A stretch of DNA of 64,000 nt. It comes from a virus. Below are positions 50,497 to 60,429 of this stretch, in pieces. The position numbers were made by a program, and so were the translations under genes. The stretch's first letter is position 1; each line of letters begins with the position of its first letter. The notes beneath the pieces are model-generated. The model was given only the letters and a program-made list of their open reading frames with translations. It did no database searches and was not told the origin of the DNA. The stretch spans positions 32,031 through 96,030 of IMG/VR virus record IMGVR_UViG_3300037119_005846, one strand, 5' to 3'.

Positions 50497-52261
50497 CCCG
50501 ATGCAGGCGGTCAACTTCGTCGAGTCTGCCGACGACGTCGAGCGACTGTGGCGCTGGATGTCCGCTGAACCGCTGATCGCGACCGACACCGAGACGACCG
50601 GCTTCGGCCTGTACGACGATGACTTCAGCGTTCGGCTGATCCAGTTCGGCTCGCCCACTGAAGCGTGGGTGGTCGACTTCCAGCGCTGGCGCGGCCTGGT
50701 CGAGGACATCTTCATCCGCTACCAGGGTGACTGGGTGATGCACAACGCTCGCTTCGACGTTACGGGTCTGGCCCAGGAAGGGATCGCGGTCCCATGGCAT
50801 CGCCTTCACGACACCATGGTCCAGATGCGCCTGGCCCGCCCGACCGAGTCGGCGGCACTGAAGAACGCCGCCGACAAATACATCAGCCCGATCAGCAGCG
50901 ACGCTCAGAAGGTTCTTCGCGAGGCGTTCCGCCGCCAGGGATGGAACTGGGCGACAGTGCCGATCGACTTCCCGCCGTACCGCTTCTATGCAGCCCTGGA
51001 CCCGATCTTGACAGCCCGGCTGTATCACACCCCGGTCTGCCGCGAGGGCCGCGAGAGTGACGTCTACGCCCTCGAGATGCAAACCAAGGCGGTGTGCTCA
51101 CGCATGGAGCAGAACGGGCTCCGGATCGACCGCGACTTCTGCCGCCGCAATGCCGAGCGCCTGCGCGAGCACGCCGACGCGCTGAAGGCCGAGATGGACA
51201 GTCGTCACGGCATCAGCATCACCAGCGCCATGCAGCTGAGTCACTGGTTCGCCAGTCGGCCGGACGCGCTCGAGTGGATGACCAAGGAGACTCACAAGGG
51301 CAAGCTCAGCGTCGACAAGGAAGTGCTCCACGTGCTGGTCGGCCTCGGCGGCGAGGTCGGCGAGATGGCGTCTGCCGTGCTCGCGGTCCGCCGCGACGAG
51401 AAGATCGCCGGCTCGTACCTGGAGAACTTCTTGCGGATGTCCGACGGTGATGACTTGCTCCACCCGCAGATCGAGACGGTCGCCGCGCGCACCGGTCGCA
51501 TGTCGGTGAAAGAGCCCGGTCTTCAGACGCTGCCGAAGCCGACGGTTGAGAGTGATTACAGAATCGTCCGTGAGGGGATCGTGCCGTTCACCGACGACGA
51601 GGTGATCATCAGCTGCGACCTCGACCAAGTGGAGTTGCGCCTGGCCGCGATCATCTCCAAGGACCAGGGCCTGATCGACGCGTTCGCCGCGGCAGATGCC
51701 GGCGAAGACGACTTCTTCACACTCCTGGCTCAGGGTGTCTACCGCGACCCAACGATCACCAAGGATAACAAGCGTCGAGCCCGGATAAAGACATTTTCTT
51801 ACGCGTCACTTTACGGCGCGTCGGTGCGCAAGATGGCGATCAGCGCCGGCGTCCCTGTCGCGGAGATGCGCGACATCCGTGACGACATGGCGGCGCGGTT
51901 CCCGGGTTTCTTCAGCATGGGGCTCGAGGCGCAGCACCAGCTTCGTGAGAACGGCGGCTACATCAAGACACTGTTCGGCCGCAAGTTGCCGGTCGACGAG
52001 TCGAAAGAGTATGTGTCGACAAATTATTTGATACAGGGCAGCGCTGCCGACCTGCTCAAGCGGTCACTCGTCCTGATGGCGCAGGCCGGCCTCGAGGAGT
52101 ACATGCTCGTGCCCGTCCACGACGAGATCGTGCTGTCCGTGCCGCACGCCGACGCCGACGAGGTCGGCCGCGAGGTCGAGCGCGCGATGACGTCGACGGA
52201 GTTCAGCGTGCCGATCACCGCGTCGTCGTCGACCGGCGACAACTGGGCAGCGGCGAAATAG
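50486..52261 (+). CDS. polA: Family A DNA polymerase with 3'-5' exonuclease
   Basis: DTETTG, HNARFD, YAALD, RTGRMS, D..QVELR, K...YA.LYGA, IQGSAAD, VHDE. Confidence 0.95.
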   Translation: MPLDPMQAVNFVESADDVERLWRWMSAEPLIATDTETTGFGLYDDDFSVRLIQFGSPTEAWVVDFQRWRGLVEDIFIRYQGDWVMHNARFDVTGLAQEGIAVPWHRLHDTMVQMRLARPTESAALKNAADKYISPISSDAQKVLREAFRRQGWNWATVPIDFPPYRFYAALDPILTARLYHTPVCREGRESDVYALEMQTKAVCSRMEQNGLRIDRDFCRRNAERLREHADALKAEMDSRHGISITSAMQLSHWFASRPDALEWMTKETHKGKLSVDKEVLHVLVGLGGEVGEMASAVLAVRRDEKIAGSYLENFLRMSDGDDLLHPQIETVAARTGRMSVKEPGLQTLPKPTVESDYRIVREGIVPFTDDEVIISCDLDQVELRLAAIISKDQGLIDAFAAADAGEDDFFTLLAQGVYRDPTITKDNKRRARIKTFSYASLYGASVRKMAISAGVPVAEMRDIRDDMAARFPGFFSMGLEAQHQLRENGGYIKTLFGRKLPVDESKEYVSTNYLIQGSAADLLKRSLVLMAQAGLEEYMLVPVHDEIVLSVPHADADEVGREVERAMTSTEFSVPITASSSTGDNWAAAK

Positions 52262-52677
52262 TGATCATCCTCGGCGTCGACCCCGGCATGCACACCGGCG
52301 CGGTGATGCTCGACCTGCCGAGGATGCTGGTCACGTTCAGCGTCGAGATGAGCGTCGAGGACTTCTTCGACTCGGCCCGGCTGCTGGTCGGTCAGGCTAA
52401 CATCGTCGCGGTCGAGCAGTTCACGATCAGCATGCGGACCCTTCAGATGACTCGGCAGCCGGACGCGCTGCACATCATCGGCATCCTTCGGTTCCTCTGC
52501 CACGAGCGGTCGACGCCGATGCTGACGCAGCTGGTCGCAGACGCCAAGGCGTCGTTCAGCGACGAGACCCTGCGTGACCTCCACGTCTGGAGCTCGTCCA
52601 ACCATATTCGGGACGCGACGCGGCACGCGCTCCTGGCCGCGCGTAGGAGTGGTCATGACGTGCACGTCGATGTATAA
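52261..52677 (+). CDS. RuvC-like resolvase
   Basis: ILGVDPG..TG, VAVE.F, H.RDA.RH. Confidence 0.8.
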   Translation: MIILGVDPGMHTGAVMLDLPRMLVTFSVEMSVEDFFDSARLLVGQANIVAVEQFTISMRTLQMTRQPDALHIIGILRFLCHERSTPMLTQLVADAKASFSDETLRDLHVWSSSNHIRDATRHALLAARRSGHDVHVDV

Positions 52678-52678
52678 T
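52650..52678 (+). promoter_or_regulatory. Class I promoter, leaderless
   Basis: TGGTCA-17bp-TATAAT, ATG at +7 (52685). The RuvC stop TAA lies inside the -10 element. Confidence 0.85.
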
Positions 52679-52684
52679 GGCCTC

Positions 52685-52885
52685 ATGACACAGACAACGA
52701 CAGACACGCTCAACCGCGAGGCCAGCGAGCTCGGCCTTCTTCCCGGCAACTGGCCCGTGGAACTGACCATCGACGGCACCCGGTTCTACCGCGTCGCCGT
52801 CAAGCGTGACGCTGACTTCGACGTCGTCTACGTCCGCTACGAGGACAACAACGACACCCGCCAGCTGAGGGTCTGGAACGACTGA
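52685..52885 (+). CDS. Small hypothetical protein (leaderless, starts MTQT)
   Basis: EASELGL.PG.WP, coupled to the helicase gene. Confidence 0.75.
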   Translation: MTQTTTDTLNREASELGLLPGNWPVELTIDGTRFYRVAVKRDADFDVVYVRYEDNNDTRQLRVWND

Positions 52886-54693
52886 TGACCGCCACCATCG
52901 CCCCGGCCAGCGCCGCCTCGTGCGATCTGAGCCCGTACCACGCCGACCGGATCGCCGTCTGGAGCGACTACCGCCTCAAGGACAGCGTCAAGCGCGTCCC
53001 CGGCGCCCGCTGGGACGGCGACAACCGATGCTGGACCGTGCCCCTGACATGGCCCAGCTGCCTCGCGCTGCGCGCCGAGCTCGGCCGCAGCCTGACCATC
53101 GGCGGCGGCCTCAACGCATGGGCCAAGGAGCAGCGCGAGGCCAAGGAAGCTGTCAAGGCCCTCTGCGGCGCGCACGTCCTCGACGAACTCGACGTCGGCG
53201 ACGCCGAGTGCTACGTCACGATGTACCCACACCAGCGCACCGGCGCGCGGGTGATCGCGGACACGCAGGCGTTCGCGCTGTTCGATGAGATGGGCGCCGG
53301 CAAGGGTCGGACGACTCTGGCTGGCCTCCGCCTCGCGAAGGAGGACGGCGAAGAAGTCTTCCCGGCGCTGATCGTGGCGCCGAAGTCGATGCTGATCACC
53401 TGGGCGCGTGACGAGATCCCGCGGTACTTCCCCGAGACGACCATCAGCGTGGTCGCTGGCACGCCGACCAAGGTGCGCGAGGCACTCAAGCCCGGCTTCG
53501 ACGTCTACGTCTGCTCGTACGACACGGCTCGCCGCTACTCGCGCCACGCCGGCTACCCAACTGTGACGCTGACGCCCGACGAGGCCAAGGACAAGGAGCT
53601 GAACGCTATTCCCTTCAAGTCCGTGGTCGCCGACGAGGCACAGCGGATCAAGAACCCGTCAGCCAAGCAGACTCGCGCGCTCTGGCAGCTCGGCCGTCAC
53701 GCCGACTACCGCGTGGCGCTGAGCGGCACGCCGATCCAGGACACGCCAGAGGACCTCTGGTCGATCCTCCATTTCATCTCGCCTGATGAGTATCCGGGCA
53801 AGACGGCCTTTGTCGACCGGTTCCTCCGTGTCAGCTACAACCCATGGGGCGGTCGCGAGATCAAGGGCCTCAATCCGCTGAACGAGATCGAGTTCCGCGC
53901 CAACGCGGAGACGCGGTTCCGCCGAGTGACCAAGGCGATGGCACTGACGTTCCTCCCGCCGAAGGTGTTCGAGACCCGCTGGGTCGAGCTGCCGCCGCGG
54001 ATGCGCAAGGCATACGAGTCGATGGTGGACGTCCTCGTCGCTGAGCTGGAGGGCGGCGACAAGCTCGTCGCTCAGTCCGTCCTCGAGCGGGCCGGCCGGT
54101 TGATCCAGATCGCCAACGCGTCTGGGACAGTTACTGACGTCGAGGAGACTGACGCCGACGGCGTGACCAAGATCAAGCACGTCTTCAAGATGGAGCTGCC
54201 GAGCCCGAAGATCGAGGCGTTCTTAGAAGACGTCGCCGAGGGTGACTTCGACGACCAGCAGGTGGTCGTGTTCTCGGACAGCCGCCAGCTGATCGACTTG
54301 CTCAGCGCGGAGATGACGCGGAAGAAGCTTCCTCACGTCACGGTCACTGGAGCGGTCACGGGCGACGACCGTCAGGAGGCAGTTGACGCGTTCCAGCGAG
54401 GGGACGTCCAATTCATCCTCATCACGCGCGCCGGCGGCGAAGGCCTTACCCTTACTGCCGCGTCGGTGATGGTCCGCCTGGTCAGAAGCTGGAGCTACAT
54501 CGTCCACACCCAGTCCGAGGATCGGGTGCACCGGATCGGCAGCGAGGTCCACGACTCGATTCTGTACGTGGATTACATCACAGATGATACTGTAGAGTTG
54601 TCTCAACTGGCACGTTTGAACAGCAAGCGTGAACGAGCAACAGAGGTACTTCGTGATGATGAGCTACTCGACATGCTGAAGCCGAAGAAATGA
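52885..54693 (+). CDS. SNF2-family helicase
   Basis: DEMGAGKG, DEAQ, LSGTP, AGGEGLTL, QSEDRVHRIG. Confidence 0.9.
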   Translation: MTATIAPASAASCDLSPYHADRIAVWSDYRLKDSVKRVPGARWDGDNRCWTVPLTWPSCLALRAELGRSLTIGGGLNAWAKEQREAKEAVKALCGAHVLDELDVGDAECYVTMYPHQRTGARVIADTQAFALFDEMGAGKGRTTLAGLRLAKEDGEEVFPALIVAPKSMLITWARDEIPRYFPETTISVVAGTPTKVREALKPGFDVYVCSYDTARRYSRHAGYPTVTLTPDEAKDKELNAIPFKSVVADEAQRIKNPSAKQTRALWQLGRHADYRVALSGTPIQDTPEDLWSILHFISPDEYPGKTAFVDRFLRVSYNPWGGREIKGLNPLNEIEFRANAETRFRRVTKAMALTFLPPKVFETRWVELPPRMRKAYESMVDVLVAELEGGDKLVAQSVLERAGRLIQIANASGTVTDVEETDADGVTKIKHVFKMELPSPKIEAFLEDVAEGDFDDQQVVVFSDSRQLIDLLSAEMTRKKLPHVTVTGAVTGDDRQEAVDAFQRGDVQFILITRAGGEGLTLTAASVMVRLVRSWSYIVHTQSEDRVHRIGSEVHDSILYVDYITDDTVELSQLARLNSKRERATEVLRDDELLDMLKPKK

Positions 54694-55304
54694 CGCAGCT
54701 ACATCACATTCACTACGTTCATGTAGCACTCGAAGCATATGGACCACTACCTCATCCATGCCACTTCTGCGAGCTTCCAGTCGTCCACTTGACGACGCGG
54801 CACCCACTAGGTGGTGTTGTTCATCATCTTGACGCGAACCGGGCTAATGACGATCCGTCGAATCTCGTGTTCGCGCACACCGCCTGTCACTCACGTCATC
54901 ATCAGACCGGGCGCAAATTGACCAAGGCGGCGAAAGCCAAGATCGGCGAGGCAGTCCGTGAGTGGAACAGCAAGCTCGAGAATCAGGAACGAAAGTCTCG
55001 TGGCATGAAGACAGCGCACGCAGACGGTAAGTTCACCACGATGTATGAGAAGGTTCGTCTGCGGTGGGCGGATCCAGAGATGCGACAGGCACAGTCAGAC
55101 CGACTTCGAATCTACGAGCCACGGGAGCTACTCACGAAGGAGCAGCGCGCTGAGATCTACCGAGACAATGGTGCACGCTACAGCGCGCATCTTCGATCTG
55201 GCATGTATGACGTTGACTGTCCGAACGGCTGCGGCAAGCGATGCGCTCCTGGTCCGATGGCCATACACGTCCGCGGCGGCCGGTGTCCTCTGAAGGCGAA
55301 ATGA
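54690..55304 (+). CDS. HNH endonuclease with NUMOD3-like helices
   Basis: C..C...VHHLD.NR.N....NL...H..CH. Confidence 0.8.
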   Translation: MTQLHHIHYVHVALEAYGPLPHPCHFCELPVVHLTTRHPLGGVVHHLDANRANDDPSNLVFAHTACHSRHHQTGRKLTKAAKAKIGEAVREWNSKLENQERKSRGMKTAHADGKFTTMYEKVRLRWADPEMRQAQSDRLRIYEPRELLTKEQRAEIYRDNGARYSAHLRSGMYDVDCPNGCGKRCAPGPMAIHVRGGRCPLKAK

Positions 55305-55327
55305 GCGACGAAGGTAGTATCCCGCCC

Positions 55328-58300
55328 ATGACTGACGTTGACGTCAATGCCGTCTCCGAACTGTACGCTACTTGGGAAAGAGAGCTAGCCCAGCTCGACC
55401 ACGAGCCTGATCCCGCGCTGATCGCGTCACTGGAGAGCCAGGCGCTCGACATGGGCGTCGACCTGTTCGACGTCTTCACGACGCTGACCGCGGCGTTCGA
55501 TCCGAGCCTCCATCCGCGCGGCAAGGACGGCAAGTTCATCGAGGTCGGCGGACTGATCCGCTTGTTCAATTTCTCGATCCAGGGCAAAGACGGCAAGCAG
55601 CACGACTTCAGCGGCCGTCGCGGCAAGGTCCTCGGCATCGACAAGGACCCGAAGAGCGACAAGCTGCCGCCGAACATCCGCGTCGGGCTGTACGACACGG
55701 ATGACATGAGCGGCCCGCCGAAGGCTGTCGTCACTGTCAAGCCGAACCACATCGAGAAGGCACCGGAGAAGGGTCGTCTGCCCAACGCGGAGTCGTATAA
55801 GGCGCCTGACGTCAAGATGCCGGGCGGCACGAACGATGTCATTCCGATGACGCCGACACCGCCGAAGTCCGAGAACCAGAAGCTGAACGACTCCGGCATG
55901 AAGTGGAACAGCAACCTTCAGCTCTACGAAACGCCGAATGGGACGAGCGGGTCGCAGATGAGCATCGACAATGTTGACAACAAGCCTCGCTACAGTGTGT
56001 TCCCGCCCGGTATATCTCGCTGGTCGACAGATCAGAGCGGCGTGCGACGGTACGACAACATCGATGACGCGTTAGCGAGCATCAACGAGCCGGCTACACC
56101 AGGTGCGAGTGCGCCGCCCCTGACGCCAGATGACCTCAACACGGTACCGGCGCCCGCGAGCTTCACACCGTCATCGAACATCACCAATGACTTCGTCGAG
56201 TACCCGGTCGGCTCCGGTGACGTGTACATGCTGACGCCGTTCAACGGCGGCGAGCGCTACCAGCTGACGCCGCAGAATCCCACGGCCGGCGAGCCGATCC
56301 AGAACCCGTACCTTGACGAGCTTAATCCGGACGAAGTCGCGAAGATCGACACTAGCGGTAGCGGTGGTGGCGGCGTTCCCAAGAACACGCCACCCTCTGG
56401 CTCGCAGTACGAGGAAGCTTCAGTACGCGCCGAGGGACTTCGCAACACCGGCATCTTCGATGACTGGTACGGCCGCGAGGCCGAGCTCGCCGACGGCAAG
56501 CTGTGGCTGTCGAAGGAGAAGTTCAACGCCGACGTCGACAAGGGCAAGTATGGCTCGGTCTCGGACGGTCAGCGCGAGGCACTTCGCCAGGCTTTGATGA
56601 ACCAGGCGGCTCAGGTCAATGCCGTGAATGAGGCCGACCTGAGCACTCAGAGCGCCGACTTCATGAACACTCAGCGCGCCAAGGCCGTGCCGTTCGACCA
56701 GGCCAAGAAGAACTCGATCGTGATGATCAACGAGAACGGCGTCGAGACTCCGTTCAAGGTTGAGGGCAAGCGCAACGGCAAGCTGTACGGCCATACGATG
56801 ACTCCTGATACCGCCGGCGAGGTGTATTACGACGACGGCCTGTCACCGAACGAGGCGTGGGGCGCGAGCGACATCGGCTTCGGTAGCGATGAAGAGACAG
56901 CCGACGACCTCAAGGATTACGGTCCGTACGCATTCAAGGATGGTGGCGGAAACGTTCTTCCGCCGATATCGCCCGAGATGCAAGCTAAGGCCGACAAGTT
57001 GATGGGTCCCAAGCCTGCCGCTGCGCCGAGCGCACCTGGTGGCGGCGGCGGCGGCCGTGAATGGCCGCCTCTTCCGTCCAGCCCCGACGATGACGATGCT
57101 ATCGCTTTGATGGACGAGGCGATTGATGCATTTATCACCGATTGGGCGCGTGAGCACAACGGTGAAGAAGTCGACAATATGGGCGCATCTGATATCGAGG
57201 ATGCGTTATTTGACGGTGCTATCGAATCCGGGCTCGACGCTGAGGCTCTTGACAGCATGACGGCATGGGACCCGCATGAGTACTACGACCGCTGGCGAAA
57301 CATCACAAATGACGGCACAGAAGTTCCTGGTGAAGGTCATGTCCCCGTAAGTGAACGTGAGCCTCTTGCGCCTGTACCTTCTGCTCCCGTCGGCGTGTCG
57401 ACGCCGTCCGCCAAGAGCGGCCCGGCGCAGCCGGGCGGCGGCAAGAGAACACCTGATGAGGTGCAGAAGATCGCAGACTTCATCGGAGCATCACCTGCCA
57501 CGACCGCGGATCTGCAAGAGTTCTACGGCACGAACGACCCTCAACGTCGTGCACAGCTTGGCAATAAGCTCAGCAAGCAAGTTGGCCCAGGAGCATGGGC
57601 CGACATCAACGATCCTGAGTATGTCGACAGCGTCGTTCTCAAGAACAAGCCCATCAAGTTCGTCGGGACGCCAGATGCCGCATCTGATCCCGTCGAGTCG
57701 CGCGGCGGCTTCGACCTCTGGGACAACGGCGCTGAAGGCTGGGCCGTCTACAGCTCTGACGGCGACCTCGTCGTCGCCGACACGACCGAGGCCAACGCTC
57801 GCTCCGTGTTCAACACGTCCGCGGGCAAGGATGGTGGCGGCACGCCGGCGTACGCACCGCTCGACAAGGCTCGTGTCGACGCGATCATTGATCACATCGG
57901 TGCTAAGGGAAAGATCGCGGCAGATCTCAGAGAGTTCTTCAGTACGACTGATCCGAAGCGCAAGGCGGCACTCGGTACCAGCCTCGACCAGCGAGTCGGT
58001 CCGGGAATCTGGAGCGATATCAATGATCCGGACTACGTCGACAACACCATCTTGAAAGGCAAGGGCACATCATTCGCCGACGTCGGCAATGCCGTCGCGA
58101 AGGGCGGGACCGGCGGAACGTTCAAGCCCGAGAACTACAACAAGATGAAGGCCGGCGACGCGGACACGTATCTGGCCGGCCTTACTCCCGAGAACCGCGC
58201 GGCGGCGATGGACTTCACCAAGAAGGACGTCCCGGCTCGCGCGAAGAAGTTCGACGACGCGAGCCTGCGAGCGACGTATGAAGCCGCGACCGATCCCGAC

Positions 58301-58945
58301 GTCAAGCGCGACCTGAAGATCGAGCTCGCGAGACGTGGCCTGCTTACCGAGGTGGACACGGTCGGGGGAGGTGAGGGCGCGGCACCGGCGGCGGAGGCGC
58401 CGGCCGTCCCTTTATCTGAGGCGCCGGCCGCGCCGGCGCCAGCGGCTCCTGCAGCCCCCGCGATGCGCAGCAGGGCGGCGATCCAGACCGAGCTCGACGA
58501 CGTCACGGCTCAGCTCGACAAGAAGTGGGGCGATCAGTTCGGCAACATGGGTCCAGGCGCGCAGAACATGCGCAACAATCTCATGAACAGGCGCAAGGCA
58601 CTCTACGCCGAACGCGACGCTGTCGACGCCAAGGAGACCGACGACCTTCGAACGTCACTGAAGACAGTGCAGCCGCACACCTATATCAAGCCACAGCACG
58701 ACTACGTTCGTCAGCAGTGGGAGATGTACTTCGCCGAGGAAGACAGCATGTACTCGCCCACTGACACGACGATCACGGCGCTTCTGCGTGACGCGATCAA
58801 GAAGCATCCGAACGATCCATACGTGACGATCGGTCCGCCGTCCGAGGCCGAGGTCCAGTTCCCGATGGCCGACGCTCGCATCCTCGCGTACACCAACCCG
58901 ACGATGGAGTACAGCCCACCGCCGGGACTGCCGGCGATAGTGTGA
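55328..58945 (+). CDS. Large multidomain protein with N-terminal HPR tag (putative head cargo)
   Basis: LTAAFDPSLHPRGKDGKFIE and an internal duplicated domain. Start moved to the ATG 8 nt after GGTAGTAT. Confidence 0.8.
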   Translation: MTDVDVNAVSELYATWERELAQLDHEPDPALIASLESQALDMGVDLFDVFTTLTAAFDPSLHPRGKDGKFIEVGGLIRLFNFSIQGKDGKQHDFSGRRGKVLGIDKDPKSDKLPPNIRVGLYDTDDMSGPPKAVVTVKPNHIEKAPEKGRLPNAESYKAPDVKMPGGTNDVIPMTPTPPKSENQKLNDSGMKWNSNLQLYETPNGTSGSQMSIDNVDNKPRYSVFPPGISRWSTDQSGVRRYDNIDDALASINEPATPGASAPPLTPDDLNTVPAPASFTPSSNITNDFVEYPVGSGDVYMLTPFNGGERYQLTPQNPTAGEPIQNPYLDELNPDEVAKIDTSGSGGGGVPKNTPPSGSQYEEASVRAEGLRNTGIFDDWYGREAELADGKLWLSKEKFNADVDKGKYGSVSDGQREALRQALMNQAAQVNAVNEADLSTQSADFMNTQRAKAVPFDQAKKNSIVMINENGVETPFKVEGKRNGKLYGHTMTPDTAGEVYYDDGLSPNEAWGASDIGFGSDEETADDLKDYGPYAFKDGGGNVLPPISPEMQAKADKLMGPKPAAAPSAPGGGGGGREWPPLPSSPDDDDAIALMDEAIDAFITDWAREHNGEEVDNMGASDIEDALFDGAIESGLDAEALDSMTAWDPHEYYDRWRNITNDGTEVPGEGHVPVSEREPLAPVPSAPVGVSTPSAKSGPAQPGGGKRTPDEVQKIADFIGASPATTADLQEFYGTNDPQRRAQLGNKLSKQVGPGAWADINDPEYVDSVVLKNKPIKFVGTPDAASDPVESRGGFDLWDNGAEGWAVYSSDGDLVVADTTEANARSVFNTSAGKDGGGTPAYAPLDKARVDAIIDHIGAKGKIAADLREFFSTTDPKRKAALGTSLDQRVGPGIWSDINDPDYVDNTILKGKGTSFADVGNAVAKGGTGGTFKPENYNKMKAGDADTYLAGLTPENRAAAMDFTKKDVPARAKKFDDASLRATYEAATDPDVKRDLKIELARRGLLTEVDTVGGGEGAAPAAEAPAVPLSEAPAAPAPAAPAAPAMRSRAAIQTELDDVTAQLDKKWGDQFGNMGPGAQNMRNNLMNRRKALYAERDAVDAKETDDLRTSLKTVQPHTYIKPQHDYVRQQWEMYFAEEDSMYSPTDTTITALLRDAIKKHPNDPYVTIGPPSEAEVQFPMADARILAYTNPTMEYSPPPGLPAIV

Positions 58946-58949
58946 GGTC

Positions 58950-60413
58950 ATGAGCGACAGCTTCGTCGTAGTACGACGCACTCGAGAGTACAAGCCGCTG
59001 GTTGCGGCCTTCAATCCGGACCTACATCCTCGCGGGCACGACGGCAAGTTCATCGAGAAGTTCGGTTTCATCAAGATCGTTGGTGGCTACGACAAGGGTA
59101 ACCATGGCCAGGTTGTAGACATCACTCCGGACAAGAGCAACCCCGGTCGGCCGGTCATCCACTACCGCCAGACTGATAATCGCGGCAACCAGATCGGCCC
59201 TCGTCTCGGAGCTACGCCGGATCAAGTCGAGTCGATTGACGAGAAGGCGCGTCTCAGCGGTCCACCCAGCGCGCGCCGTACTGAGATGGACGTAGACTTA
59301 GGGCCGGACACGAACCAGTCACCGTATGGGCAGCTGAACTTCGAAGCACCAGGGCAGGTGCCGAGATTCCCGGTGCCGCAGCCGCAGACGACGAGTCATG
59401 ACGCCGAGATTCCCGGCATTGGTAGCGTCGACGAGTACCTAGCCGCGAACCCGCAGCAGCCTGATGAGCCATTCTTCGAGTGGCAGTCTAGACTATGCGA
59501 TGGCCTTCCGCAGAAGTCGAGGCACGCGCTGACGTTCGAGACGAGAGAGCGCTACCCCAAGGTCGACTACATCGCCGAGGGCTCCGCGCGCTGGCGGGCC
59601 GAGCACGATCTTCCCGAGCCGAAAGTCGACCTGACCGAGGTGCCGGCGCCGCTGGAGAAGGCTGACGCCGTCGCTCGAGCGTTCGAAACCGCGGCTGATC
59701 AGAGCGACGACCCGCGAGTGCAGGCGGCATTCGCCGAGTTCAAGCGGCAGAACGACGAGATGTGGGACTTCGCGACTAGGCCCGAGTCAGAGGGCGGCCT
59801 CGGGATCAAGGTCGACTTCTGGACCAACCTGGACGAGACACAGTTCGGCGTAGGTCCGTATGCGGACGCGACCGCGCAGGCTGAAGACTTGCGCGCCAAC
59901 CATCACATCTACCTCGAGCACGGACTCGGCGGCGATCACGGCGCGACGATGACCGACGACGAGTACGACAGGTTCCGCGCGGTTCACGATATCTTCGGCC
60001 ATGCCGGCATCGGCGGCGGGTTCGACCGTCACGGCGAGTACCAGGCGTACCTCGCTCACTCGTCGATGTACGAGGGCGACGGCCGTCGTGCGATGGCGAG
60101 CGAGTACCACGGCGTCAACACCGCGGTCTGGGCGGGAGCGCCCGGCAGCCCGGGCACGGGCAAGTCGATCTTGCTTCCGGAGGAGCTGATCCCGAACCCG
60201 TTCGGGCCGACCGGCGACATCATCGCGGCGTCCGCGGTCCAGGTCCCGACGCCGGCGCAGCAGAAGGCGCTCGGCATCGACGCCGCTCACGCGGAATCGC
60301 TGGTCTACCTCGCGATGCAAGCGAACATCGAGCCGCCGTTCGCTCAGTGGTATGACGACCTGCCGCGACACCACTCGACGCCGCCAGAGGGAACAGAGCC
60401 CTACGCGGCCTAG
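58950..60413 (+). CDS. HPR-tag protein with an FRAVHDxxGH metallo-domain
   Basis: LVAAFNPDLHPRGHDGKFIE, FRAVHDIFGH...GE..A...H..MY. Confidence 0.8.
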   Translation: MSDSFVVVRRTREYKPLVAAFNPDLHPRGHDGKFIEKFGFIKIVGGYDKGNHGQVVDITPDKSNPGRPVIHYRQTDNRGNQIGPRLGATPDQVESIDEKARLSGPPSARRTEMDVDLGPDTNQSPYGQLNFEAPGQVPRFPVPQPQTTSHDAEIPGIGSVDEYLAANPQQPDEPFFEWQSRLCDGLPQKSRHALTFETRERYPKVDYIAEGSARWRAEHDLPEPKVDLTEVPAPLEKADAVARAFETAADQSDDPRVQAAFAEFKRQNDEMWDFATRPESEGGLGIKVDFWTNLDETQFGVGPYADATAQAEDLRANHHIYLEHGLGGDHGATMTDDEYDRFRAVHDIFGHAGIGGGFDRHGEYQAYLAHSSMYEGDGRRAMASEYHGVNTAVWAGAPGSPGTGKSILLPEELIPNPFGPTGDIIAASAVQVPTPAQQKALGIDAAHAESLVYLAMQANIEPPFAQWYDDLPRHHSTPPEGTEPYAA

Positions 60414-60429
60414 GCGGTAGTATCCGACT

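Noticed and set aside
55241-55327. ORF-track start of the 1234-aa protein
   Set aside because: It overlaps the HNH gene, and the ATG at 55328 fits the GGTAGTAT leaderless pattern better. Similar over-extended starts at 3399, 20511, 21065, 31326, 33962 and 52574 were also corrected.
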